A DNA stretch of 64,000 nucleotides from a bacterium (GCA_031385045.1 JANNBC010000009.1:38427-102426); one strand, 5' to 3'; shown: positions 22,261 through 33,183, counted from the first letter of the stretch. The notes: generated by a model not told the origin, from the sequence alone. Made by a program: numbers and translations.

Positions 22261-23568
22261 CTATTTGTTCCATGCTAATTCTTTAAACTGTTCTTTAAGA
22301 GTACTCTCCCAAGAAAACTCTGTGGGGAAATCTTTCATTTGCTGATTCATCAAATTAGCAACTTCATTAATCAAATTCCTCTTAGCATCATGAGAAAAGT
22401 CAGACCAATTAGCATAGAACGTTTGATAAGATGGTAAATTCTGAGTAATTAATTGTAACAGCTCACTAGCTATTAATTCTTTTGAAAAATTCTCAGTAGC
22501 ATAATTTTTTACATCAGGACTAATTAACAATTTAGGATTAACTTGAAATTCTTTAAGCAATTGGGCCAAGGTTTCCACCTCTTCCACCCCAGGAGCAATC
22601 TTATAGATTAAATTCTCAGGCAAATAATCGATCAATCCATAATCACTGGCCAGAATGACTTTAGAGTTAGCCATGCTCACAGCTAAATATGGGCAAGGTT
22701 GCTCATAAACACTAAACAGTAAATGCATGGCGACTGAACTAGACTCGAGAATTAGCTCCCAATTTTTCAGTGTCCGACCAAAGCTTAGCGCAACTTGAGA
22801 CTCAACTCTAAATTCTTTAATTAAAGACTCAGCAAGGTCTTTTTCCGTAGGTTCAATCAACCAATTTAATTTCCAATCTGGATTTGCTTGCAAAGATTTT
22901 AGTAATTGTGGTGTGCGCTCAGCGATTGTTGGTTTAGCAGAACTAGCCAAGGCTAAACTTTTAACTACTTGCTGATTACTAGAAATTGTCACTGGAAAAG
23001 CTAAATGCTTTGGTTCTAAATTGCACTGCCGACTAATACTATCTACAAACATAGAACGTTTATATTCGCTAAGATTTTGAGGATTAGTGAATAACGCTTG
23101 TAGTGCATAGCCTGCTTCCCGATTACCAAAAGGTCCGACCGGTAAGTATTTATTACTGCGACTTGGCCAAACAATCTCAGGTTTTTTTAACTCTGGTAAT
23201 ACTTTCGTCCAAGGACTATTTAGAAAAGACTCCGCTCCATAATCAACAAAATTTAAATGATGAAAAATTACCAATCCCGGGATAAGACCTAAATGTGCTC
23301 GAGAAAAATGACTACTAGTATGGTTTTCAACTTGATAAATAAATAAGTCAAATGGATTTAGCTGATGTTCCTGAACGGCAGTTAAATAGTGAGCTGAAGG
23401 ATAATTTTCATACGGTTCAAAACTATCAGTAAAAACTTTTATCTCTAGATTTAGAGACAATATAGGTAAAAGCTCTGCCGAAAAAATTTCACTGATACTT
23501 TCTGTGGAGGACTTACTTGGTGTAAACCAAGCAATGCGCATCTTCTTTAGAACATCTGAACTATTCAC
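22261..23568 (-). CDS. Divergent GT-B-fold glycosyltransferase-like protein
   Basis: MRIAWFTP start typical of GT4-like proteins; overlaps the upstream GT4; EX7E motif degenerate. Confidence 0.65.
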   Translation of the reverse strand: MNSSDVLKKMRIAWFTPSKSSTESISEIFSAELLPILSLNLEIKVFTDSFEPYENYPSAHYLTAVQEHQLNPFDLFIYQVENHTSSHFSRAHLGLIPGLVIFHHLNFVDYGAESFLNSPWTKVLPELKKPEIVWPSRSNKYLPVGPFGNREAGYALQALFTNPQNLSEYKRSMFVDSISRQCNLEPKHLAFPVTISSNQQVVKSLALASSAKPTIAERTPQLLKSLQANPDWKLNWLIEPTEKDLAESLIKEFRVESQVALSFGRTLKNWELILESSSVAMHLLFSVYEQPCPYLAVSMANSKVILASDYGLIDYLPENLIYKIAPGVEEVETLAQLLKEFQVNPKLLISPDVKNYATENFSKELIASELLQLITQNLPSYQTFYANWSDFSHDAKRNLINEVANLMNQQMKDFPTEFSWESTLKEQFKELAWNK

Positions 23569-24634
23569 AATTTAAGGGTGATAATAAACGTTCAATAATT
23601 CTATCCCATCCGGTAGAATTAAGACCTGACTGATCAATCCAAGCAAGACCATTTAAACCCAAATGTTTTGCCCAATCTTTATCTTCGACAAAACGATTTA
23701 TACCATGACCAATACTATCAGGATTTGGGTCAACAATTAAACCATTCTCTTCATGCTTCACAAATTCAAGTGTTCCCCCACTATCATTAGCTGTTAGTAC
23801 TGGCTTACCAGAAGCCATTGCCTCTAGAGTTACGTAACCATAATCTTCATTATAAGGCGCATAGTAAACAGCTAGAGATTTTGCAAAGAGATCTACTAAA
23901 TCTTCATTACTTACCCGGCCTAAAAATTCTACCCGATCTTGCAAATGGTGTTTGGCAATTTCGTTCTGATAGTACTCCATAATTCCAGGTTCATCTGGTA
24001 ATCCAACAATTTTAAGCTTAACTTGCTTATGTACTATCGGAAGTGCCTTGAGCATCAGATCCACTCGCTTAATACTACACAGTCTACCAACTGATAAGAT
24101 ATACTCCTCAGCAGGTGCATTATAGTATTTACCAACTTGTGGCAAAGGCGGATACAAAACTTCAGCCTGTAAATGATTGTAATGATTTAGGCGGTCGACA
24201 ACATTCGCAGAGATTCCCGACAAATAGTCAGCCTCAGCCAGACATTTTTGATCAGCCGTAGCTATCATTGATCTTAATGCCTCGTCTCGTGGGTCATCTG
24301 AAAAATCAGCGAAGCGAGTTCCAAATAAATCATAAATAGCTCGGTGTTGATGAACTAACCAAACACTTTTTTTCGTATGCTTAGCAAAATAATTTGGAAA
24401 TTTCGTGGCAATTACTAAATCTGTTTTAACTGCACCCAACGTTGAGAAATCAATTGATCGATAATAAGCCGCTTGATTTAAGATCGATTCTTTAGGTAAC
24501 ACGGTGTAAGGCAATTCAATTAAGTCAGCGTTATGACCCCGAAGCTTTAACTCTCTTAGTAGATCTCTAACTAAGACTTCCATTCCACCAGAAGTGTAAG
24601 GAACTTTAACACCAAGAACAATAATATTTGCCAT
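23561..24634 (-). CDS. Glycosyltransferase family 4
   Basis: GGME, GRLCSIKR, EDYGYVTLE (EX7E). Confidence 0.92.
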   Translation of the reverse strand: MANIIVLGVKVPYTSGGMEVLVRDLLRELKLRGHNADLIELPYTVLPKESILNQAAYYRSIDFSTLGAVKTDLVIATKFPNYFAKHTKKSVWLVHQHRAIYDLFGTRFADFSDDPRDEALRSMIATADQKCLAEADYLSGISANVVDRLNHYNHLQAEVLYPPLPQVGKYYNAPAEEYILSVGRLCSIKRVDLMLKALPIVHKQVKLKIVGLPDEPGIMEYYQNEIAKHHLQDRVEFLGRVSNEDLVDLFAKSLAVYYAPYNEDYGYVTLEAMASGKPVLTANDSGGTLEFVKHEENGLIVDPNPDSIGHGINRFVEDKDWAKHLGLNGLAWIDQSGLNSTGWDRIIERLLSPLNCE

Positions 24635-24645
24635 GTTTTACCTAT

Positions 24646-26088
24646 CTATTTCACTGAACCAATAATGGCATAGTCCATAAAACCATACAGTAAGTTATTT
24701 AACTGTTGGATATTAGCATTAATTGTATCCACTGTACCTTGCCAACGCGGAGGCATTTGTTCATCAAGTGGAATTGTTCTTAACACTCCAGAAACCGGTG
24801 ATAAGTATTTTACCTCATCAACTTGCAAACCTTTTAACTCCATTTGATACCTTAAAGTATCTGGATGCATTGGCCAAACGTGTGTCGGATCGCGAAAATA
24901 ATTAGAAGACAAGGCTAATAATGATTGCGGATTGATTGTTTCAAAAATGATCTTAGCACCAGGAACAAGTTTCTCTTTAGCTAGATTAATTAATTGGTCT
25001 AAATAAGTTCGCTCCAGGTGCTCAACCACCTGCACCGCAATTAAACCACCAAGTGATGCATTTGCTTGTGTCGATAGAAATTTTACAGCATCAACTAGTT
25101 GCACATTAAAGCCTTTCGTAGCGCAATGCTCAACCATGGCAGCATCAATATCAACTCCCAGAGCTGGAATATTATTAGCTTTAAAAAGCTCTAATAATTC
25201 ACCACGCCCACTTCCGATCTCCATCACCGGCTTAGAAACATTTTGGAAATAAGGTAAATAAACTTGAAGTCGTTTAGTAATTTCTTCCTCACTACCTCGG
25301 AAGCGATTTTCTAATAAAAGATATGAGTAGTCTGGCAATTCACCAGCTTGATTCTTTTTACTGTTTGTTTCAAAACTAGAATCTTCCGGCTTACTAGTCA
25401 CCTTCGCAACAAGTCCTTCTAGGCCCCGACAAACAGAATCAACAGTTTTAAAACTCTCTTGGTTCTGCTCTGCTAATCCCCGAACAACAGTGACTTCTTT
25501 TTGTAAGTTTTGAATATGAAACTGTAAATCTTTGCCAAAATTTTTCTCAGTGGAACGAAGGCTAGCCATCTGCTCATCAGCAAGTCTTTCGATATGTTGC
25601 AAAGACTTATTAATATCATAATCAATCTTCCGGATTAGTTCCCAAAAATTTTCACCATCTCGCGCATCAATATATTTTGCCGAGTGATTTAAATGCTTAA
25701 CTAAATTAATTTGAAATTCTTGTTGAGCTTGAAAATGTGGTTGAAGCAGACCCCAAATAAATGGTAATGCCTTGCGTTTTAATTTAACAATAATCTTGCC
25801 AAAGATCCCAGCACGATGAGAATTAATCCAACTAACATCAGCCTGCTTTGGGATCACATAGTTGAGATTCAGATAGCGTAATTCATCAGAATACACTAAC
25901 TCTCCAGCCTTAACCGACTTACCCTGATAACTAGCAGTCGCCGGTTGAAATTCAATCTTACTATGCCCAACATTTGCGATATCTGCCTCTACGTTAGAAC
26001 GGATTTTAGCCATTATCTCTTGGACTGTGGGCTTGGAATTACTGGAGTTTGGGGTAGGCTCCACCATATTAATTGCATTATTAGACAT
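24646..26088 (-). CDS. Coiled-coil plus class I SAM methyltransferase (glycan-associated)
   Basis: ENRFRGSEEEI, EIGSGRGE, QVVEHL, ETINP, DPTH; helical N-terminal half. Confidence 0.85.
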   Translation of the reverse strand: MSNNAINMVEPTPNSSNSKPTVQEIMAKIRSNVEADIANVGHSKIEFQPATASYQGKSVKAGELVYSDELRYLNLNYVIPKQADVSWINSHRAGIFGKIIVKLKRKALPFIWGLLQPHFQAQQEFQINLVKHLNHSAKYIDARDGENFWELIRKIDYDINKSLQHIERLADEQMASLRSTEKNFGKDLQFHIQNLQKEVTVVRGLAEQNQESFKTVDSVCRGLEGLVAKVTSKPEDSSFETNSKKNQAGELPDYSYLLLENRFRGSEEEITKRLQVYLPYFQNVSKPVMEIGSGRGELLELFKANNIPALGVDIDAAMVEHCATKGFNVQLVDAVKFLSTQANASLGGLIAVQVVEHLERTYLDQLINLAKEKLVPGAKIIFETINPQSLLALSSNYFRDPTHVWPMHPDTLRYQMELKGLQVDEVKYLSPVSGVLRTIPLDEQMPPRWQGTVDTINANIQQLNNLLYGFMDYAIIGSVK

Positions 26089-26240
26089 GCTAAATTTTTA
26101 CTATCTTGAAGAATATTTGGCAATGAGTATCAAAGAAATGTTTGGATAGTAAGTCAGATAGAGGCAATTCTATAGACCTTAATCGATTTGCATACCCAAA
26201 ACACCTTAGCACTTAGCAAAAATTAGTTTTGGACTCACTC

Positions 26241-27074
26241 TTACAACTTACTAATTATATTTGAGAGCCGAACATAGTCTTCCACCGTTAAGTTCTCAGG
26301 TCGAGCATCGGGATTAAAACCATGCTCAACTAAAAATTCTTTAGGATGTTCAATTGTCACAGCTTTTAATTTTTTTAATGTATTCGTAATTTTTTTGCGT
26401 CGCTCAGAAAACAAGGCCAGCACCACTTGCCTAAAAAGCAAGTCATCAGCAATCTGATACTTTGGTTCCTTGTAAAATCTAAGTTCAATTACTTGAGATT
26501 CAACTTTTGCTTCCGGGTGAAAACAATCGCCAGCAACGATCGGGCCAAGCGAGGCCGCCGCTTTAATCTGAGTAAAGATGCTTAAAGATCCATAAGCCTT
26601 AGTATCGGCTTTCGCTGCTAGTCTAGCGGCGAACTCTTTCTGCAACATCAAAATGGCACGATTTACTGATTTAGAAAAAGTCAGCAAATGGAAAATAATT
26701 TCCGAAGAGAAACTATAAGGTAGATTTCCAAAGACGGTTAAACCTTGTTCCACGCTAAAATCATGTTCCTTCATTAACTCTTCCAAATCTAAGAAACGAA
26801 CATCTTCATTAACAATAATTAAATTAGGATATTTTTTTTGCAAGTGCTGACAAAACTTCTCTTCAATTTCTACGACAATCAAATTTTCATAATCAGCTAA
26901 CTCAGCAGTCAGAGCTCCTAAGCCTGGTCCAATTTCTAAAATCTGCTCTTCCTTTTGAGGATTAGCAAATTCTACAATTTCACTGATAACACTGGGAACA
27001 ATTAAAAAGTTCTGTCCGCGATCTTTATTAGGTCGAACTCGTAATTGATATAATAAATCTTTAATATCATTCAT
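26241..27074 (-). CDS. rsmA: 16S rRNA dimethyladenosine transferase
   Basis: GQNFL, EIGPGLG, NLPY, MLQKE. Confidence 0.96.
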   Translation of the reverse strand: MNDIKDLLYQLRVRPNKDRGQNFLIVPSVISEIVEFANPQKEEQILEIGPGLGALTAELADYENLIVVEIEEKFCQHLQKKYPNLIIVNEDVRFLDLEELMKEHDFSVEQGLTVFGNLPYSFSSEIIFHLLTFSKSVNRAILMLQKEFAARLAAKADTKAYGSLSIFTQIKAAASLGPIVAGDCFHPEAKVESQVIELRFYKEPKYQIADDLLFRQVVLALFSERRKKITNTLKKLKAVTIEHPKEFLVEHGFNPDARPENLTVEDYVRLSNIISKL

Positions 27075-27109
27075 GTTGATTATTTATCTTTAAAATAAGT
27101 CCTAGCAAA

Positions 27110-28120
27110 TTATTTTTGGAGTCCACTATAGTCAGGAATTCTAGAATAAACATTGGTCGTAGGATATGCTGGCAAATCAGCATCCAGGCGAGCCGCAGCA
27201 ACTAAACCAATCATTCCAGCATTATCCATACAATGCTTAAAATCTGGATAATACACTTCTTCCGCTAATTTACTAACAGCCGAGCGTAGATATTTATTGG
27301 CGGCAACTCCTCCAGTAACAACGAGCCGTTCAATCCCAGTTTGCTTCTTAACTTTCTTTAATTTAAAAATCAGATTCTCAACAATTGAGCGCTGAATACT
27401 ATGTGCTAAATTAGCTTGAATCTCTGGTGTTATTGGCTGATGCTCTTTGACTAATAACGAGATTGCCGTTTTTAAACCTGAGAAACTAAAATTTGTCTGG
27501 CCTTTCATTACAATCGGCAATGTATAAAGATCGGTATTAACCGTGTCCGCAAGCTTTGCTAGTTGCGGGCCACCTGGATATGCAAAGCCTAATAAGTGTG
27601 CCGATTTATCAAATGCTTCTCCCGCGGCATCATCAATTGTCTCGGATAATATTTGATATTTTCCCAAATTTTCAACAAGTACGATTTGAGTATGACCTCC
27701 GGATACTAATAGTGCCAAGTAGGGAAATGTTAGCTTCGGATTATTTAAAAAGGCTGCTAGTAGATGTCCTTCAATATGATTAACCCCTAGTAGTCGCACA
27801 CCAGAAGCCAAACTTAAACCCTGAGCAAAGCCTAGCCCTGTGAGTAAACATCCTTTGAGTCCTGGACCAATTGTTACAGCTAGAGCATCAAAGTCAGAAA
27901 GGTTTAAATTCAAGTCGCCTAGAGTCTGATCCAATAAAATTGGTAAATTTTTGGAATGCTCTCGAGCTGCTAATTCTGGAACTACTCCCCCATATTCTAC
28001 ATGAATTTCATTCTGCGAAAGAATTTGTTCAGCAAGAATGGTACAATTATTAAGACTCTGAAAATCGACAACCGCAATGGAAGTTTCATCACAACTAGTT
28101 TCAATTGCTAAAACTTTCAT
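27110..28120 (-). CDS. tsaD: tRNA threonylcarbamoyltransferase
   Basis: IETSCDET, HIEGH, SGGHT, DDAAGEAFDK, FSFSGLKT. Confidence 0.98.
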   Translation of the reverse strand: MKVLAIETSCDETSIAVVDFQSLNNCTILAEQILSQNEIHVEYGGVVPELAAREHSKNLPILLDQTLGDLNLNLSDFDALAVTIGPGLKGCLLTGLGFAQGLSLASGVRLLGVNHIEGHLLAAFLNNPKLTFPYLALLVSGGHTQIVLVENLGKYQILSETIDDAAGEAFDKSAHLLGFAYPGGPQLAKLADTVNTDLYTLPIVMKGQTNFSFSGLKTAISLLVKEHQPITPEIQANLAHSIQRSIVENLIFKLKKVKKQTGIERLVVTGGVAANKYLRSAVSKLAEEVYYPDFKHCMDNAGMIGLVAAARLDADLPAYPTTNVYSRIPDYSGLQK

Positions 28121-28121
28121 C

Positions 28122-28985
28122 TTATTGAATTGCTGCTAAATACTTAGCAACAGCTTGCAAATCTTTTTCTGGAGCCATCGCATAAAAATTGGTTGGACAG
28201 TAATCAGTACTGACAATCTGCCCGGCAGGTGTTTGACCTGTTTTTAAGTACCTTAAAAAATCTGCTTCCTGCCAATTCTTTAAATTAAAATTATATTTAG
28301 ACTTTAGTGCCGGAGTAATTTTTTGCTGATCTCCTTTTAAGAGAATCTTACCGCCAGCTAAATATTTAGGTTCAGAAAAAAGTGGCTCATCCTCCTGATG
28401 ACATCCAGCACAATCCGCAACTCGGTCGACTAAATACTTGCCATAAATCTTGGGATTAGTATCGCTAATTTCTGAAATATAACCATTAAACTCCGAACGT
28501 TCCTCAAATAATCCAGTAGTATTTCTTTGCCAAAATTTAATTTCACGACGATTGAAATCATTTTTGACTGGGGTTAGAGTTTGTAAATATGCATAAATTG
28601 CCGTGAGATCATCATTACTCGCTTTCTTTAAGCCACGATGAAAATAACCAGACATAAACTCTGTTTTTTTACTCTTATTTAATCTAATGGCATCAATGAA
28701 GTCAGAGAGATTGTAGTTACCGATACCTGAAATTGAAGGAGTGAGATTAGCAGCGAAAAGCAATCCATAATTATCAACTAACTCCCGACCACCAGCTAGC
28801 GTTGAGTTGGGATTGGCATTAATTCCATGACATGATCCACAGGCTCCAAAGCCCTGAACTAACTCTTTCCCTCGCTGAACTTTATCTTTAGTTAAATTAA
28901 CTTCAAGATTAAGGTTCGGTCTTTGCCAGCAACCTGTGAGCAGAAATAAAGTGATCGCAAAAGATAAGAATCGTTTATATGACAT
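28122..28985 (-). CDS. Dihaem cytochrome c lipoprotein
   Basis: Lipobox LLTG-C; two CxxCH motifs (CGSCH, CAGCH); ANLTP. Confidence 0.85.
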   Translation of the reverse strand: MSYKRFLSFAITLFLLTGCWQRPNLNLEVNLTKDKVQRGKELVQGFGACGSCHGINANPNSTLAGGRELVDNYGLLFAANLTPSISGIGNYNLSDFIDAIRLNKSKKTEFMSGYFHRGLKKASNDDLTAIYAYLQTLTPVKNDFNRREIKFWQRNTTGLFEERSEFNGYISEISDTNPKIYGKYLVDRVADCAGCHQEDEPLFSEPKYLAGGKILLKGDQQKITPALKSKYNFNLKNWQEADFLRYLKTGQTPAGQIVSTDYCPTNFYAMAPEKDLQAVAKYLAAIQ

Positions 28986-29003
28986 ATAAATCTCAGTGTC
29001 AGT

Positions 29004-29414
29004 TTAGGACTGATGCTTCAGATAAGCCAATCTCAAGTTATGTAACATTTCTTGCATGAAGTTAGCCTCTTCTGGTTCCAAGTTGCCAACTGTTTTTTCT
29101 TGAAGCATGGCAATAATATCGATTGTTTGTTTGGCACCATCTAGATCAATACTCGCACCCATACCTTCTGGAGCAGGCAGTTCTCCCATTAAAATCAAGG
29201 CTTGTGTTGCTAAGGAAGCAATAAAAGATGGGAAATTAATTTGGAAATCTTGTTCAGAATCAGCTCTAACAAATCCATGCTCCTCTTCTAATTCATTATC
29301 AGGCTGTTTCTCTGGAGTAACTTCCATCGATATCTTTTCATTACCAGAGTCATCAAATCTACGGCGATCATTTACTTTAAAAGATTTATTTTCTTCGTTT
29401 TCGTTCTTACTCAT
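29004..29414 (-). CDS. DUF1844-family protein
   Basis: FKVNDRRRF, LATQALILMG, AKQTIDII..LQEKTVGNL. Confidence 0.85.
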   Translation of the reverse strand: MSKNENEENKSFKVNDRRRFDDSGNEKISMEVTPEKQPDNELEEEHGFVRADSEQDFQINFPSFIASLATQALILMGELPAPEGMGASIDLDGAKQTIDIIAMLQEKTVGNLEPEEANFMQEMLHNLRLAYLKHQS

Positions 29415-29542
29415 ATTTTCAGTTATTAAATCTTAACTACATTATCTGCTTAGCTCTACGGAAGAACTCCAACTGCTAAACAGAATAATTGGTAATTTTC
29501 TTTACTACTAGACACTTACACATAATATTATACAATAATAGT

Positions 29543-30319
29543 ATGAAATTTAAAATTCTTGGTTCTGGCGCCTCGATGGGGGTACCAATGATTGGTTGTA
29601 AATGTGCAGTTTGTACCTCTTCTGACCCGCGAAATATCCGTAGCCGCTGTTCTGTATTAATCGAAAGTGACCAAGGGTACCAAATCCTAATCGATACTAG
29701 CCCTGATTTGCGACAGCAGATATTGGCTAATCAAATTGAGACAATTGACGCGGTCTACATTACTCATTGCCATTTTGATCATGTCGAAGGCTTAAATGAA
29801 CTCCGACCACTAAATTTTAAAAGTGGCAAACCAATCAAATTATTTATCCATGAAGATCATAAAGAAAGCTTAATCACTCGCTTTGACTATATCTTTGAAC
29901 CAAACATCGACTACCCTGGTGCACCTGCTGTTATTTTTGAAATCCACACTTTTAAATCTTATGAAAGTTTAGAAATTTTTGACTTAAAAATTCAAACTCT
30001 CTGGGCAGATCATGGAAATATCAATGTTGCAGGAATTATTTGCAATCAGATCGCCTATATTCCTGACTGCAGTGGGTTTTCGGTCCAGGATCGTGAATTC
30101 CTTGATGGAATTGAACACTTAATAATTGATGGCATGTGGCCAGAAGTGATTACCAGAAATCATTTTAATATTGAGCAGGCAATTGCTTTTGGCAAAGAGA
30201 TTAAAGCAAAGAAAACATATCTAACCCACCTCTCTCATCGAGTCGATTATTTGGAACGCGCCAAGTATGAAACTGAAAATATTAAACTTTGTTATGATGG
30301 TCTGTTGCTCAACGTTTAA
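29543..30319 (+). CDS. Metallo-beta-lactamase-fold hydrolase (PhnP-like)
   Basis: GVPMIGCKCAVC, THCHFDH, THLSH; start moved to ATG 29543. Confidence 0.9.
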   Translation: MKFKILGSGASMGVPMIGCKCAVCTSSDPRNIRSRCSVLIESDQGYQILIDTSPDLRQQILANQIETIDAVYITHCHFDHVEGLNELRPLNFKSGKPIKLFIHEDHKESLITRFDYIFEPNIDYPGAPAVIFEIHTFKSYESLEIFDLKIQTLWADHGNINVAGIICNQIAYIPDCSGFSVQDREFLDGIEHLIIDGMWPEVITRNHFNIEQAIAFGKEIKAKKTYLTHLSHRVDYLERAKYETENIKLCYDGLLLNV

Positions 30320-30360
30320 GAGATACTAGCGTCTAAGCTTACCTACGAAGCAAATTCCAT

Positions 30361-30388
30361 AAAAAAAGGAGCTAAAAGCTCCTTTTTT
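30361..30388. terminator. Bidirectional intrinsic terminator
   Basis: AAAAAAAGGAGCT-AAA-AGCTCCTTTTTT between convergent genes. Confidence 0.85.
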
Positions 30389-30408
30389 CTTTTTAATAGC
30401 CTTTACAA

Positions 30409-30912
30409 CTAAGCACAAAGACTTTGAATCTCAGACTTAACTTTATCAGAAGGTCTAGCTTTAACAACTGAAATTTCATCAATCAATAAGCCTTGAGCTA
30501 GGTCCATCATCTTTTTCTCACCAAAAGATAAATCTTTTCCATTACTTAGAATAATTAAGTCTCTAATTACTTCAGCAATTTCATAGACAGAACCAGTCTT
30601 AATCTTCTGTAAGTATTCACGATGACGACGATTCCATGTTTGGCTTGTAACTTTAGCTTTGCGGTCACTAATAATTGAGTAAACCTTGCTCACTGCACGT
30701 TTATCAATAACTTTTCTTAGACCAACTGATTCGGCTTGTGCCACAGGAACCATGAACTTCAGTCCCTTCTCATTAATCATAATTTCCAGAAAATTTTGCT
30801 CAATAGTACCAATCCTTTTACAACAGAGGGAAGCAATTTTCCCAACTCCATGACCTGGATAAACTACCATGTCACCATTTGAGTACTGTTTTAGATTTTT
30901 ATTGTTAGTCAA
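30409..30912 (-). CDS. carD: CarD/CdnL-family transcription factor
   Basis: VVYPGHGVG, WNRRHREY, LSFGEKKM; TTG start. Confidence 0.92.
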   Translation of the reverse strand: MTNNKNLKQYSNGDMVVYPGHGVGKIASLCCKRIGTIEQNFLEIMINEKGLKFMVPVAQAESVGLRKVIDKRAVSKVYSIISDRKAKVTSQTWNRRHREYLQKIKTGSVYEIAEVIRDLIILSNGKDLSFGEKKMMDLAQGLLIDEISVVKARPSDKVKSEIQSLCA

Positions 30913-31251
30913 AGTGATTCTCCGAAAAGAAAAAAATTAAAGGAAGTGAAAAAACCAAGAAAAATTAGGGGTAAAGAAGAGCTAGGAGGATAATTAGTCG
31001 CGAACTAAAACGTTTATCTCTAATCTTCCTAAATTAGGCATAATTTGCGGGATTTTCCTACTAATTAAGCAAGGACACTATAACAGATTCAGCAAGTTTA
31101 ATCAAAGGAATAATAAAAAAGACTAATAATAATTGCTGACCATCTGCCAGAACTTACTGTCAGAGTGTGTTAATATTACCTTCTCTTCTTAATCGTAATT
31201 CAAAAGTCTAAGTTTTTACTACTGGGAGAGGCAATTTAAGTAGGATAAACG

Positions 31252-31286
31252 AAAAAAGCCGCCGAACTCCAAAGGACTCGACGGCT
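31252..31286 (-). terminator. Intrinsic terminator after rplT
   Basis: GC-rich imperfect stem followed by a U-tract on the minus strand. Confidence 0.75.
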
Positions 31287-31307
31287 CTACGCAACTAAAA
31301 GAAGGGA

Positions 31308-31667
31308 CTAAGCCTGCTCTAGTGACTTCTTTGCTTGACTGGCAATTACACCAAAAGCAGCTGGATCGTTGTAAGCCAAATCAGCTAACATTTTACGATC
31401 CATTTCAATCTTACAAAGACCTAATCCATAAATGAATTTGCTATAAGAAAGACCATACTCTCTAGCTCCTGCGTTAATACGCTGAATCCAAAGCTGACGA
31501 AAATGTCGCTTCTTCTGATGTCTTCCAACATAAGCATGCAACATGGCTTTTTCAACGCCACGTTTTGCAATCTTATAACATGATTTTTTACGGCCAATAA
31601 AGCCTTCAGCTAACTTTCTAAGTTTCTGGTGACGCTTTCTGCTGGCAATTCCTCTTTTAACTCGCAT
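31308..31667 (-). CDS. rplT: 50S ribosomal protein L20
   Basis: MRVKRG, FRQLWIQRINAG, DRKMLADLA. Confidence 0.99.
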   Translation of the reverse strand: MRVKRGIASRKRHQKLRKLAEGFIGRKKSCYKIAKRGVEKAMLHAYVGRHQKKRHFRQLWIQRINAGAREYGLSYSKFIYGLGLCKIEMDRKMLADLAYNDPAAFGVIASQAKKSLEQA

Positions 31668-31709
31668 ATCAACCTCTTTAAAATTGGGTGGTAAGTATTA
31701 TACTAAAAA

Positions 31710-31910
31710 TTATAAATAAGGCAAAAGTCGAGCAATAGCTTTCATTCCGGTAGCTTTAGTTACTACAGAACCTCTTAATTGTCTCATTCGCTTTGGTGAT
31801 CTTTTTGCAGTATTATGACTAGTGTTAGACTGCCCTCTTAATACTTTTCCAGTTGCAGTTTTTTTTCTAAATCTTTTGGCGGCAGTTTTATTTGTTTTTA
31901 TTTTTGGCAT
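31710..31910 (-). CDS. rpmI: 50S ribosomal protein L35
   Basis: MPKIKT..AAKRF..TATGK, C-terminal LLPY; directly upstream of rplT. Confidence 0.97.
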   Translation of the reverse strand: MPKIKTNKTAAKRFRKKTATGKVLRGQSNTSHNTAKRSPKRMRQLRGSVVTKATGMKAIARLLPYL

Positions 31911-31941
31911 AATTAATTCTCTTATTTTTTACGACAACAGC

Positions 31942-32018
<77 letters not shown>

Positions 32019-32200
32019 AAAATCATTAAGATTTTAGTCATTTTTTAAGTTTGAGACCGGAAATACCAGTACAAACAGAACGGCATAAGATAGCAAATAA
32101 CTTAAACTTGGTCAAATAAACAGTCTCCCCGACTTCTCTGATACCTAGCGAGTAACAAATAATTTGATTTAAGAAAAATTTACCTGTAGCCTTATTCTAA

Positions 32201-32824
32201 ATGAAGTTATCTGACCTCCCTCTAGAACATTGGCTAGTGATCATAAGCTCCTTAATCATTACAATTGGAGTAACTGCCTATATTCGCGATACAATTGCGG
32301 GAATTACAAAACCAAACCGAGTTTCTTGGTTAATATGGTCAATTGCTCCCTTAATTGCAACTTTTGCTGCCCTTGATGCCAAAGCAGATATATGGGCAAC
32401 AATGCGTGTCTTCCTAGCAGGTTTTCTTCCAATGTTAGTCCTAATAGCATCATTTATTAATAAGAATAGTTACTGGAAACTAACTAAATTTGATCTGATT
32501 TGCGGGCTATTTGCAATCCTAGCGATAATTGTTTGGTTAATTGTAGATTCACCAAGACTAGCAATTATCCTTGCTGCAACGGGTGAAGGATTTGCCTCGT
32601 TGCCAACAATAAGGAAAGCTTGGAAATTTCCAGAAAGCGAAACTGGCATTGCTTACATAGCAAGTGGACTAAGCGCACTATTAGTTTTACCAGCCATCCC
32701 TGTTTGGAATATTGAGAATGCCACCTTTCAACTATATCTACTGGCCGTAAATATAGTCCTTGCGACTGCAGTTTATCGGCGACAATTAAAGATTTTTTGG
32801 GGACGAATCAAGCTAGGATATTAG
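32201..32824 (+). CDS. Multi-pass membrane protein (PQ-loop-like duplication)
   Basis: About 7 TM segments; TKPNRVSWLIW and PTIRKAWKFPESET motifs. Confidence 0.75.
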   Translation: MKLSDLPLEHWLVIISSLIITIGVTAYIRDTIAGITKPNRVSWLIWSIAPLIATFAALDAKADIWATMRVFLAGFLPMLVLIASFINKNSYWKLTKFDLICGLFAILAIIVWLIVDSPRLAIILAATGEGFASLPTIRKAWKFPESETGIAYIASGLSALLVLPAIPVWNIENATFQLYLLAVNIVLATAVYRRQLKIFWGRIKLGY

Positions 32825-32961
32825 GCTTAAAAGGAAAACAGCAGTTCTGGGCAAAAGTGATACCGAAGCCCAGAACCCCATAGAATCGGATAAACCCCCC
32901 GCTTATCATTTTTGAAAATAACAAAAATAATAACTGAGTGTTTGGTATTATTTTGCTCGGT

Positions 32962-33183
32962 TTATTTTAACAACAAGCAACCAAGTACTTTGCTTTCGCT
33001 AAGGTTGTTAATTTGGCGATACGCCTGATTAGCTCTAAGATCAATACGATCAACCTTAATTTGTGCTCTTAGTGTAGAAACTGTGGCACTAGACATTGAA
33101 CGTGGTGGACAATCAGAAAATCTTTTAGAAATCTCACCAAAACTTACGATAATTTGTTCTCTTAGGCTTTTATTCTTTTTCAT
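32962..33183 (-). CDS. Small basic hypothetical protein
   Basis: 73-aa ORF followed by a 9-bp hairpin (32844-32876); no motif. Confidence 0.4.
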   Translation of the reverse strand: MKKNKSLREQIIVSFGEISKRFSDCPPRSMSSATVSTLRAQIKVDRIDLRANQAYRQINNLSESKVLGCLLLK

